Assembly (NCBI RefSeq): GCF_009914755.1
Contig: NC_060930.1
Reading direction: 5' to 3' (one strand)
Length of the DNA: 64,000 nt
DNA from: the human T2T-CHM13v2.0 reference genome, Homo sapiens
The position numbers and the translations under genes are program-made. Numbering within the stretch: position 1 is the first letter of the stretch; the number at the start of each line of letters is the position of its first letter. Below are positions 41,011-53,330 of the stretch, piece by piece. The notes under the pieces are model-generated. The model ran no database searches. It had not been told where the DNA came from and saw only the letters and a program-made list of their open reading frames with translations.

Positions 41011-43650
41011 TTGACGAGCCAGTCATTTCCACAGCTCCCAACAAGGAGACGGAAGCTCTGCGTTTCTTAGAGCCCAGTCCTGGGTCCCATGACACACACA
41101 TTTTGCTTTGGTGTAGAACGCAGAACGGTGGCCTAAAGCAAATAAAATTATTTAATATGGAAATAGTAGAATATAGACAAATTGTAGAAAATGGGGTTGA
41201 TGGTGTCTGCAGTGCTGACATATTGCGGGAATAGCGAAGATTTCCAGAAGAAGAATTCCAAGTTTCCAATAAGAAACTTATTAGCCCATCTATAACAATC
41301 AAATACTTCAGTTTTAATTGTAAAAATATTCACGATGTTGTAATAATGCTTTATTTCATGTAAACATGCAAGAAAAAATCTTTTGTAGGAGCCATGAGTT
41401 CTATGTAGCAAAATGTACTGTGAGTCTAATAGGTACAAGCCTAGGCTCCAATGAAAAGTATTTATCACGCTCCTAAAACAATTGATGTTTCCCAGAACAT
41501 AAACCATAAACTCCACATTTTTATTTTATCATGGCACAGTGGAAAAGGGGGTGGCATATTCCAAATACAATCTATCAAAGTTTTCCTTATTTTGTCCCAT
41601 ACTTACTCTGTTTTCATGTTAAGCCTGTGGAACTGTTTCCCTAGCTTTAAGAACATGGCAACAAAAGACGCAGGAATCAGAGGATTCTGCCCCATAACTG
41701 AAGTATGCCCTTGGCTGTGCTGCCAGGTTAAATCCACCTCACAGCATCCGGCCTCCTGTTGGGTGGACATCCACGCTTCCCCTTTTCACTATCCCGACCC
41801 CACCCTAAATACTTGTTTTCGGAGTTGGCCGTGTCAAGCCTTGACTTACACTAGAAGGGTTACTCTTCCCTAAATACTTCATTTCGGGTTTGGCCGTGTC
41901 AAGACTTACGCTAGACGGGATGCTCTTCCCTAAATACTTGGTTTCGGAGTTGGCCATGTCAAGCCTTGACTTACACTAGAAGGGTTACTCTTCTATTGCA
42001 CTCGTAGGGCAGAGAGCAGCCTATGTAGACTTTGGGTTTTTTTAAAGGTTTTGCTGCAGCACCTAACTTCGAAACTTTGCTTAACTTTTGGAAGCACATG
42101 CAGTTCCTCAGAGAGATACTTAATGACTTCTAAAGTAGGTTGCCAATAAGGAAGAAAACCTTTAATCTATAAGGTGAAAAAGGGCCAACTGGGAGCTGGT
42201 GCTGTATCATGCCCCTGCTCTGAGATTCTGGGTCTGTTTTCTCATTTGTCAGATAGAGCCACAGGCCAGACAGTGTATGTAAAAGTTCCCTTCAATCTCA
42301 AATAACAGTGATTCTATGACTCTAGGTTCATTTATTCTAAATCATTTCAAACTTGTTAGGAGACGGATTTACAGTGCAGTCCATGAAGCTTGAATGTGAG
42401 CTCCCTCAGCTGCCGTCTCTTGCAGGGACTCAGGAGGGAAGCTGGACACATGTCTGTCTTCACGGAGTCTGGACAGCTCTCCATCCCCTCCCATGTCCTC
42501 TCTGCCGCCATTCCCTGGTGTCTGGTGGCATCGAAGGGATCATGAGGACTTTGAGCTCCAATTTGAAAAGAGATGAACTGCAGTAATTTCACTCTGGCAT
42601 GGTGGGATCCACTCATGGTTCACCATCACGTCTGTGGATAGTTGAATTACTGCTGATCTTCCCAGTGTGGAAGTGGCTTCCAGAACATTCACCCAACCAC
42701 CGTGTGTCTCACCCGGCCTGTGACAAGAAGGAGCAGGGCCAGAGGTCAGTTCCGACGCAGAAGGGTCCTCCAGGGCCCAGGGGGATGGACAGCCAGGCAG
42801 ACACAAGGCTCAAAGGCGCCGACCCCGAAGCTGCTCTGCAGGAAATTCTTCCAATCTGTACACCCTAAATTATATGCAGGTTCATCCCCACCTCATCCAA
42901 ACAAAAGTCCTCGTCTGTCAAGCATCTCCTGTCGAGAATGCAGTACATGCAGCGATAAACACATCACACACAGGAAAAGGCATGTGGCACAAACACAATG
43001 GCAATTACTTGTGCAAGGTAGAACTTTTCAGAACCCCAGCGTCGGCAGTGCCGGGCGGGGCTGGCAGTCGGAAAAGCAAGTTCTGCGGCGGACCACGGGT
43101 TTAGGCTCACCGCGCAGTCCCAATACAACTCTATTTCCTGCGACTCTGGAAACTGAGTTTTCTTTCTGTTCTCTCTAAGGAAAACAATATTAAAATAGAG
43201 ATAGCCATTGGCACATGAAAAGGTGGTTGAATAATATGCAGAAAAATTGGGGGAAATGTGTATGTGGGGCCGTTATTCAGTAGAAACATTGTATCACGTT
43301 CAGATGGGCCTTGTTGGAGAAGATTTGCTAGGTTTTCAGAACGCGTAGTGTTGTTGAGGTTTCTCTTCTCACTGCAGGCGAGGGCTTCCTGCTGTCCTTC
43401 CTGTTCGTAATTCGGTTTTACTTTTCTTACAGGGCTTCCGCAATCATTGAAGTGTCAAAACCTGAATCCACCAGAATGTGTCCATGGAACTGAAAACTAT
43501 CAGATATTTAGACAGGGTGCGTTAAAGGGCTCACCGTGCGTCCGTTTTATGCCGTAATTATGTGCACAAATAATTGCATGGCCGGCGTCGCGTGAGACGC
43601 GGGAAGGACCGGGGAGCGGCAGAACCAGGGCTTCCAATTCCCGTCCGCGT
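41011..43650 (-). ncRNA. Putative spliced non-coding transcript from the CpG island (candidate exons ~43650-43535, 43174-43111, ~42000-41607, 41132-41011)
   Basis: Minus-strand donors ACG|GTGAGC, GCG|GTGAGC, AGA|GTAAGT and CAA|GTAATG; acceptors ttgttttccttag and ttatttgctttag. Inferred from splice signals only. Confidence 0.35.
41803..41992. repeat. ~60-65-bp tandem repeat (3 units)
   Basis: ccctaaatact recurs at 41803, 41868, 41928. Confidence 0.92.
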
Positions 43651-43661
43651 TTAAAGCGCGC

Positions 43662-43677
43662 CAGCGCCCTCTGGTGC
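43662..43677 (-). promoter_or_regulatory. CTCF core motif
   Basis: Minus strand GCACCAGAGGGCGCTG versus consensus CCASYAGRKGGCRS. Confidence 0.6.
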
Positions 43678-43743
43678 TCAGGCTGCGCAGCGCGCCGGCT
43701 CCGCGGGTGCCGCCAAGGGCCGGGGCTGCCTGGGGGCCTGCCC

Positions 43744-43925
43744 GGGGTTCCAGACCTGCTGGACCGTGCATGGCTCATCAGGCCGGGCCTGTCCAGGGGT
43801 TTGAGAACCGCAGACCTGCAGGACTGTGCATGGCTCATTAGGCCGGGTCTGTCCAGGGGGTCCAGACCTGCAGGACCGTGCATGGCTCATCAGGCCGGGC
43901 CTGTCCAGGGGTTCCAGACCCGCGG
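43744..43925. repeat. ~52-60-bp tandem repeat (~3.5 units)
   Basis: cagacctgc(a/t)ggac(c/t)gtgcatggctcat(c/t)aggccggg occurs three times. Confidence 0.9.
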
Positions 43926-44194
43926 GGACCTTGGCTCCATCAGGCGGGAACCGCCCCGCGGGATTCTGAAAGGATGAATGCATTTTCCTCTTTCTAGCAT
44001 GGAAGGATTGTTAATTATTTCTTCGTAGTTTTCTGTGCTTCCCTTTCTCCTTTTTGCCTCACCTGCTCTTTCCTCCTGAATCCTGAGTGATTTGGGTAAA
44101 GCCAATGGTCGGATTACCTGGGAAGAAGCTGGGAAGCCAAATGTATGAAGAGCGGGGCTTCAGATAGGGGCCACGGAGAGCCCAGGCCCAGGAG

Positions 44195-44320
44195 GCCTGC
44201 AGAGCCTGGGAGGAGGGAGGCTCACCCAGCCCGGGGCCTGGCCCCATGGGGGTCCTGCTGCAGAGGAGGAGGGAGGCTCACCCAGCGCTGGGCCTGGCCC
44301 CTGGTGGTCCTCCTGCAGAT
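44195..44320. repeat. 56-bp tandem duplication
   Basis: ggagggaggctcacccagc occurs twice, 56 bp apart. Confidence 0.85.
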
Positions 44321-44959
44321 GTAGCCGTGAGGGCTGCTGACCCCCTCCAACTTCACCGCCTCTCCTGAATCCCAGGCCATCCCAGCCTCGTCTGGCGGTG
44401 TGAAGAGTGGATCTGAATTCCAAAGATCTGGGTCTTGCTCTGACTTTCCCCATTTGCTGCAGTTTGAGGAAGTAACGAATTACTTTGGAATCTTCATGTG
44501 TGTACATTTTAATTTTTAAAATAAGGGTAAAAAAATTCCACCATTGCAGGTGACTGAAAGTGAGGAGGGAGAGCTTGTGTGGAAGGACATGAAAAATTGC
44601 TCTCGGAGCCAACAACTGCTGCTCCCTTCTCCCTGCACCCTCTAGACAGGCGCTGTTCCTGACCCTGTGAAGAGGCAGCGTCATGCGGGGCGATGGGAAC
44701 ACAGAGACTGCAGCATGGACAGACGTTTGTGTTGCAAGCAGACACACACCTCCAGGGTAAATGTTTATTCCAGAGGCACCACCATTCCCACGCCCAGCGA
44801 GTGTGCATTCTTTCTGGATTCAGAGCCCCACAGTTGTGTTTGTGAGTCATCAATGGTGAACGGTGGGGCCTTCTGGGGACAGGGGTGTGATCCATGTCTC
44901 CGTTTTCAGGTGACAACACCAGTCCCCCACCCACCTCACCCCAAACAAAGAGGCCACTG

Positions 44960-45700
44960 ATCCGGGCCGCACAGACACCGCAGCCAGCAGCCATGCGGCC
45001 CCGCCTTTTCATTTATTAAGCAGAGATTAATAATGGTATATTTACGGCCTGTCTGCGGCCGAGCGACACTGCGGCATTGATTCATTTCTGACCATAGTAT
45101 TGCGGGAACAACGACGCCGTTGAGTTCGCTGCTAGATTTATCACTTGAGGAGGTGGGAGGAGAAGGGGGTTACTGCAAATAGAAAACGCACCTCTGGAAG
45201 CCCTTATTTATGAGCTGCTCAGGAACCGACCCCAAGACATAGCCACGCAGTTTCCAGTAACTGGGCGCTGTCACTGGCGGGGCCTCCCCAGGTGGTGGCC
45301 GTCGGAGGCTGTGGCCGGGAGGTGGCCCCGGTGCCGGCCGGGCCACACGGACAGCGTCTGGGGCAGCCGCGCCCCTCCGTCCCCAGGCCGCAGGCTGGCC
45401 ACCCTGGCCGGGCGCGCACAAGATTTACACACCATCGGCGCCCACAGAGTCGACGGGCCAGCTCAGCTTTTTCATTAGCGTCCCCACATGGCACAGCAGA
45501 GAGTTCCTACGTCACCTCCAGAATGTATTATGCAAGGGCTATTTCTGTATTTCTGTATCTACTGAGAGGTTATGTCAGGCAGCCCATCAACGGAAAAATG
45601 TGAAAGCAGGTTGTGACAGAAGGAATATTCAGCCCAGCCCAGCACTGGACACAGATTAGGAGTTCATAAAATATTAATATTTGTGGGCCGATGGATTTTT
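44960..45700. promoter_or_regulatory. CpG-rich segment with a cluster of homeodomain motifs (candidate enhancer)
   Basis: TTTATTA, TAATAAT, TTTACGG, TGATTCAT, TTTATGA and TCATAAA in unique, CpG-rich DNA. Confidence 0.35.
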
Positions 45701-46420
45701 GTCAGCTTCTGTGGTTTATTTCTCTTCTTTTTTCTCTTTCTTTTTTCCTTTTCCTCTTAAAAAAAAAAGAAGTTTAAAATGCATGACATACTATCAGTTG
45801 TTAATGAGAAAGTAAAAAGTGTAAGAAGTATTCTAAAAATAACAGATGTTCTTTCTGTATTCCTATTTGTGATTTTTTTTTCTTTATTAAAAAGAACCTT
45901 TGTGTTTGCACCCTGGCGGGTTTCACTGCACTGAAAAAGGGACTGATGTAATTTAAAGTTAGTTAATATTTAAAAAGCGGTTCCTGCCCACACTCAGCAT
46001 TTGTGGAGTCAAACGGAGGTTGTGCCGGTCCGTCGCTGAGACTTATCTCAGGAAGCGCACAAGCACGGTGCTCGCCCTGAGAGTGAGAATCGCTTGAACC
46101 CAGGGAATGAAAAGGTTATTATCCCTGACTTAGGGCCTATTCCCTTCCCCACTTACTGTTACCCTTCCCTCAGAAACATTCACAGTCGAAAATGAGGATT
46201 GAGTGTATCTCGTGAGAAGAACCACCTGGTTCTCCCGCAGAATCATAGCCCAGGATGAAAGCATTTCTCCCACTGAAAGTTGAATTTAAGGACCCAACAT
46301 CTTTTCATCATATGGCACACCTCAGAAAACAAAAACAAAAAGTACAGAGAGAAAAGCAAACCCAGCGTCACCCACCTCGCCCGAGAGCCGTGCTCACTAG
46401 AGGCCAGGTGCCTCATTCCT

Positions 46421-46525
46421 TCGCTTGAACCCGGGAGGCGGAGGTTGCAGTGAGCTGAGATCGCGCCACTGCACTCCAGTCTGGGCAACAGAACAAGACT
46501 CCATCTCAAAAAAAAAAAAAAAAAA
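46421..46525 (+). mobile_element. 5'-truncated Alu (right-arm end)
   Basis: tcgcttgaacccgggaggcgg ... ccatctc plus A-tail. Confidence 0.93.
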
Positions 46526-46741
46526 GTTATAATCGTTTGTGAATACACAAGTGAAATTTTTGTAGGTGAATGAGTAAACCTTTATTAAAGTTTGCAGTAA
46601 CTTTTCCTGTTTGGGAGCCAATAAAATTGTGTTCAGAAACATTTCCGTAGACTCTTGAAGAGCTTGTAGCAGCAAAAGAATCGTGTGTGTAGTGCCTGCA
46701 CCACTGCCCGGGGCTGACCTCACCTGTGCCTCTGGGCCCCT

Positions 46742-47212
46742 CCGTAGGAGGATGGACGACGGCCCTTGAAGATCTGCGCGTCTCCACCCACCTAGGAACC
46801 TGCGCTTTTCCTTACCTGGCAAAATGGACTCTGCAGTGCAATTAAATTACTGTTTCAAGCTGGGAATCTGCTGGTGAGATGGGGAGGTGACCCTGGCCCA
46901 TCTGGGGGTGGGGACGCTGACACAGGGTTCTCATAGCGGGGAGGCTGGGGATCCAAGTCAGGAAAAGGAGCTGTGACCCCAGAACCAGAGGCTGAGGTGT
47001 GACGATGGGGAAGGGGCCGGGAGCCCAGGATGCAGAGAGCCTCTCGCGCTGGGAAAGGCAGTAAGAGGGATTCTCCCTCAAAGCTCCGACACCTGGATTT
47101 TAGACGCCTGGATTTTAGACTTCCGGCCTGCAGAACTGTGAGGGGACCAATCTGTGTTGTTTTAAGCAGTGATTTGCAGTGATTTGTTACAGCAGCAATG
47201 GAAACAAATGAG
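46742..47212 (+). mobile_element. MLT1D-like MaLR LTR
   Basis: ccttacctggcaaaatggact ... gattttagacttccggcctgcagaactgtgag ... gtgatttgttacagcagcaatggaaac. Confidence 0.8.
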
Positions 47213-47810
47213 CAGTCCTAGGATCTTCATCCCAGCTGCTCCTGGGGTCTCAGGATGAGACGCGGGGCCCGGTTCCCCTCACACAGGGTCTCTGCTGGCC
47301 TCTGAGGGCCCCTGTCCCAGACGAGGGGCTTGGCTCACCTGCCCCCCTAACTTGGCCTCTTTCAACATGATGGACATCGTTCTGCTCTCCAGCTGCTCAG
47401 AGGGCAAGGCCTGCACAGAGGCTGTGGTCCATGGATTGGAGTTTGTGGCCCAGCTGTGGGGAGTATGGAGAGAAAGAGCAGGAGATACGCTGGGGTTCTG
47501 GGGACAGGGAGATCCCAGGCCAGGCAGGTGCCAACCTGCAGGCTGTTGGGCACAGAGTGGGTTGTTCTCTAGGAGTGAGATGCCAAGGTTTCGAATGTGC
47601 CCAGCATTAAGGATTCAGAGATACCTAAATCAGGAAGATGGCCAGCCTAGGACAGATTAGGAATACCAGCAGATCCTTTTTTTAAAAAAGGTAGACTAAA
47701 CTCGTGTTTCAGCTGTGCAAGATTAATACTGATTATAATCACCCATGCGACTTGCTAATTATTTTTATCAAAACTGACCACAAAGGGTATTTCCAGATGC
47801 CAGGGTAAAA

Positions 47811-48153
47811 ACAGAGCCAGGCACTTTTATTCACTGATTATTCATCCTTTTATTCTTGGCTTGTCCAGGAGTCCGGAGCTATTTTAAACAGCATCATTAG
47901 AACTGTCTCTGCAAACCCCGTCCGCTGGTGTGCTGACTGTGGATAGGTCTCCGCCAAGCCGTGGCTCCTGTCGTCCTGACATAGACGCCGCCATTTTAAC
48001 GCTGACCTCCAGGGGCTGGTGGCTGGACCTGCGCGGCCATCACTGCCCAGACCCAGCAGAACCCCATGGTTGCACACATCTCCCACTAACATTCGGCATC
48101 AAAAGTCAGGGAATCGACGTTTATTGCGAAGTTCAAGACGGCTCACTGGTCTG
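47811..48153 (+). repeat. Local duplication, copy 1 (343 bp)
   Basis: Aligns by eye to 49145-49493 with ~37 substitutions and one 6-bp indel. Confidence 0.95.
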
Positions 48154-48296
48154 GATATTCTGTTTTATGTCTTACTTGACTACACACTTAAACTCTATGA
48201 AAATGGTTCTGTGTCTGTTCTCTAAGATTAGGAGCTCCCTTCTTTCACAAATAAGGGAAAAGTACACTGAAAAAAAATGTTTGTAAGTAATTTCTA

Positions 48297-48627
<331 letters not shown>

Positions 48628-49144
48628 TTAATAATTCTGTGTTTGTTAGTATCCCAGAAGCTGATTCTATTTATGAAAAATGCACCTGATATCCTGAGAA
48701 CACTGCCAAGTGTGCACTCTGGATTGGCCTCTGCACACACAATTGTCCAGTTGCTGAGGGCTGCCCCGAGCTGAGCACTGCTTTGCGAATGTTGGATGAG
48801 CACTTACCTTAGGCTTAGCTGCACGAGAGCCCTGGAGCAGTGTGGGGTTTGTGAAAGAGCACAGGCTCCCCTGGTGCCCAGCGAACCTGGTGGAGTGAGA
48901 TGAGTTTCCCCTTATGACAAGGGAAATAAAGATGGGATGAAGCATCCACTGGGACAGCCCAAGGGCCGGGGTCCTAAAGGCCAAGGGCATTCAGATGCTG
49001 ACGCTGGAGGCCTCCTCAGTGAGGGAAGCCAGTGCCTGCCCTGGTGGGGAGGATGGGAGCACCTGGCCACACAGAGAAGAAGGGAAGAGGACGACTCGGC
49101 ACGAAGCCGGCTTTGAAACTTGACTGGGAGGGAGTCCAGCAAGA

Positions 49145-49493
49145 ACGGAGCCAGGCAGGTTTATTCACTGATTGTTCATCTTTTCATTCTCGGCTTGTGC
49201 AGGAGTCCAGAGCTATTTTAAACAGCACCGTTAGAACCGTCTCTGCAAACAACGTCTACTGCTGTGCTGACCGTGGACAGGTCTCCGCCAAGCCGTGGCT
49301 CCTGTTGTCCTGACATAGACGCTGCCATTTTAACACAGACCTCAAGGGGCTGGTGGCTGGACCCACGCGGCCGTCACTGCCCCGACCCAGCAGAACCCCG
49401 TGGGCGTGGTTGCACACGTCTCCCACTAACGTTCAGCATCAAAAGTCGGGGGATCGACATTTATTGCAAAGTTCAAGACAGCTCACTGGTCTG
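49145..49493 (+). repeat. Local duplication, copy 2 (349 bp)
   Basis: Direct repeat of 47811-48153. Confidence 0.95.
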
Positions 49494-50544
49494 ACCTCGA
49501 GGGTGTCCCTTAGGCCCGTCTCTCAGAGTGTGCATTGGCTGTAATGGAGAAAGTGAGTTTTCCTTGGATTCTGCCCTGGTTTGACCTCATCACACTCCAG
49601 GACACAGAGAGCCCGGCTGGGTGATCAGAGATCGGTGTCCTCGGGGAGCCTGCAGTGCCCCTGCTGAGGGCTTCAGGGGCTCAGGAGGTGAAGTGGCTGA
49701 CTCTAGGTAAAATGGGCTCCGGGAGAGGCACCTTTGTTTTAGGGTGGTTTTAGGATCATTAGGTGAATGCAGCGACCTCACCCAACTACGGCCTCAGGGC
49801 CTGGCTCCCCTCAGCCCCCCGGGGCTTTGATGGTGGCCTTGGGACCTGTCCCAGAAGTTGCTGGCTGAGTACAACAGACCTTTGCTGACCAAAGGAAGCA
49901 AGGAAAAGAGTTTAGCTGCTCAGGACAATGACTGCATTTAATGACCTCTCCTGCTAGAAACAAAAAAACAGTGGCTCAGGCCTGGGGATGAGAATCAAGT
50001 TTTACAGATGGTGGCAGGAGTTCATTACACTGAGCACAGCCAGCCAGCGTCCTGCAGCTGCAAGTGCTCCAGGAAAGGCACCTCCACTTCTGGTCTCATC
50101 TCGAGGTCGGTCTCAGTCAGCTGGGAGTGAAAGGGACACATTTACAAGTATTCTCTGGAGACAGTGCAAGGTGCTTCCTGCTGCCATCCAGGACAAGGGG
50201 CTCCTGTGCTGGGTGCCTGATACTCTGGCTGGGATGCTTGCATCCTCTCCTTTGCTTCTGCCTGGATCCCTCCCTCACAAACTTGGTGTCAGAAGAGAAG
50301 AGGGACCTCTGGGGACGCAAACATCATTACCAAAACTTTAAGGCCACTTTTCAACAAAAAGGGCATCTTTGAAAGACTTTCAGATCAGAAACAACGCTGT
50401 CTCTACCCTCCCACCCCTCCAACCTCAGATTTGGGTGCACTACCATGCAGAATATATCAAATCAGACTTTTGCTATGATAATCTGACTTTTATCAAAGAG
50501 CACTGAGAGGGGACAGCCTGGCTGAAGACCACCCCAACAGCTGG

Positions 50545-50863
50545 TTTTTTTTTTTTTTTTTTCAATTTTTGAGACAAGATCTCACTCTGTCACCCAGGCT
50601 GGAGTGCAGTGATGCCATCACAGCTCACTGCAGCCTCAAACTCCTGGGCTAAAGCAATCCTCCCACCTCAGCCTCCTGAGTGGCTGGAACCACGTGCCTG
50701 CATGTGCCTGCACCACGCCTGGCTTAGTTGTTTTTTTTTTTTTTTTTTTTGTAGAGATGGGGTCTTGCCATGTTGCCTAGGCTGGTCTTAAACTCCTGGG
50801 CTCAAGCAATCCTTCCTCGGCCTCCCACAGTGCTGGGATTTTAGGCATGAGCCCCCGCACAGC
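50545..50863 (-). mobile_element. AluJ
   Basis: Diverged antisense Alu with an expanded middle T-tract. Confidence 0.93.
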
Positions 50864-50929
50864 TCTGTGGGAATGCAAGGCCTTATCCCAGGAACACATG
50901 CTGCTGGGGGGATAACCAGGAACATTGGC

Positions 50930-51810
50930 CCCAGTTTTCCACCTGGATCTGGGAAAGAGACATCACACAGCTCAGTGTCCAGGAGTGGGGGCAGCCCAAG
51001 ACTCAGGCTCAGGTTTTCCACCTGGATCTTGGAAAGAGACATCACACAGCTCAGCCTCTAGGAGGCGGGGCAGCCCGAGACTCAGGCTCAGGTTTTCCAC
51101 CTGGACCTTGGAAAGAGACATCACACAGCTCAGCGTCCAGGAGGCGGGCAGCCCGAGACTCAGGCTCAGGTTTTCCACCTGGACCTTGGAAAGAGACATC
51201 ACACAGCTCAATGTCCAGGAGGTGGGGCAGCCCAAGACTCAGGCTCAGGTTTTCCACCTGGATCTGGGAAAGAGACATCACACAGCTCAGCATCCAGGAG
51301 GCCGGGCAGCCTGAGACTCAGGCTCAGGTTTTCCACCTGGATCTCGGAAAGAGACATCACACAGCTCAGCATCCAGGAGGCGGGGCAGCCCAAGACTCAG
51401 GCTCAGGTTTTCCACCTGGATCTGGGAATGAAGACATCACACAGCTCAGCGTCCAGGAGGTGGGGCAGCCCGAGACTCAGGCTCAGGTTTTCCACCTGGA
51501 TCTGGGAATGAAGACATCACACAGCTCAGCGTCCAGGAGGTGGGGCAGCCCGAGACTCAGGCTCAGGTTTTCCACCTGGTCCTTGGAAAGAGACATCACA
51601 CAGCTCAGCGTTCAGGAGGCGGGGCAGCCCAAGACTCAGGCTCAGGTTTTCCACCTGGATCTCAGAAAGAGACATCACACAGCTCAGCTTCTAGGAGGCA
51701 GGGCAGCCCGAGACTCAGGCTCAGGTTTTCCACCTGGATCTGGGAATGAAGACATGACACAGCTCAGCGTCCAGGAGGCAGGGCAGCCCGGGACGTGGGC
51801 TCAGGTTTTC
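50930..51810. repeat. 78/79-bp minisatellite (~11 units)
   Basis: Unit ggttttccacctggatctgggaaagagacatcacacagctcagcgtccaggaggcggggcagcccgagactcaggctca. Confidence 0.98.
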
Positions 51811-51834
51811 TGAGCTCATCTACTTGGTCTCTCC

Positions 51835-51980
51835 TCACTCACTGTATGACCTCAGGTAACTTCCTGAGTGTCTTCATGCCTCAGTTTCTCCGTGTGCAAT
51901 AGGAGTTTTGTGAAGATTAATTGAATTAATAACTATGTCGGGACAAATGTATCAGCTCCTGGCACTTGGTAATATAAGCC
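51835..51980 (+). mobile_element. MIR fragment
   Basis: tgtatgacctcagg ... gcctcagtttctcc ... gtgaagattaa. Confidence 0.65.
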
Positions 51981-53000
51981 ATGACTCTTCACTGTTGTTA
52001 TCATTTGATATTTGAGCTTAATGCCAAAAGTTTCTCCGGAGGAAGGTGCAGCTCTCTCGAAGGCGCTGAGCTCCAGCAGGGAATGTACATCCCAACTCAT
52101 AATTTCCTTCAATGTTAAAACATGAGCCAGTTGCCTGTGACTTTATTCCTTTCGTGCATTCGTGAGTTTACTATCAAGGAAATACAGGTAAGCTCTTCAC
52201 GTTTATGTTTTCACACTCTTAAAGGCAACTCTGATTCTGATGTTTTAGGCTTTAGTCCATGTTTATCCTGTCTTCTAATTGTTCTAATTTTATGCATGTC
52301 TATAATAGTTGTCTTATGTTTCTAAATTACTTTTTATCTTTTTATGTTTTATAGCTATACCCTTTTTCATGATTTTAGTGCATTAATGCCTGGGAGTGAC
52401 AGCTGTTTACAATTCAAATCCCACATTCTGCTGCGAACTCTCCTCCTCTGTGTCCGGAAGGTTCTATCCACTTTCCTTTTGTGCATTTAGTTATTGGCAC
52501 TGCTCCTTCTCCCCTAAAAGAATTCTAAGCAATTACACTTGCTCCATTTCCCTTTAAGGACTCGAACTCACTTCTCCCAGCAAGTCACACTGGCTTACTT
52601 GGTCATTGATCTTATGTTTTAGTCTCATTTCCGAGAACCTGCTCATCTGCGGTTGCCTTGTGTGTGTTGGAGACCTTCTCAGAGATGGGGTCATTTTGAC
52701 AAAGTCACAGAGCAAAAGCCATCACACATCAAAGCCAGGGCTCCTCTGATGCTGAGCCAGTGGTGGGGCCAGGGCTTCTCCGATGCTGAGCCGGTCCCTT
52801 TATCCCGTACCCCATCCTCCCTGTGTGAAGGGCATGTGAGACAAAGCCCTTCCAAGTGCAGGACCTGACTCATAGCTCTGACACCTCTGCTTCCTGGGCT
52901 GTGTGTGGACAGGCACTGTCTTCTTGAGTGTAGACTGTGTGTTTTTCATTCTTCCATCTGCGACCCGTGGACCTGGGCGTGGGCGATATGGCTGCATTGA

Positions 53001-53330
<330 letters not shown>

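Larger units (their letters stand above)
43530..43960. promoter_or_regulatory. CpG island
   Basis: Dense CG/CGCG tracts (ggcgtcgcgtgagacgcg, aagcgcgcc, gcgcagcgcgccgg). Confidence 0.75.

Noticed and set aside
45340-45360. REST/NRSF-like half-site cggacagcgtc (similar half-sites at ~32310 and ~44649)
   Set aside because: Only half of the RE1 consensus is present.
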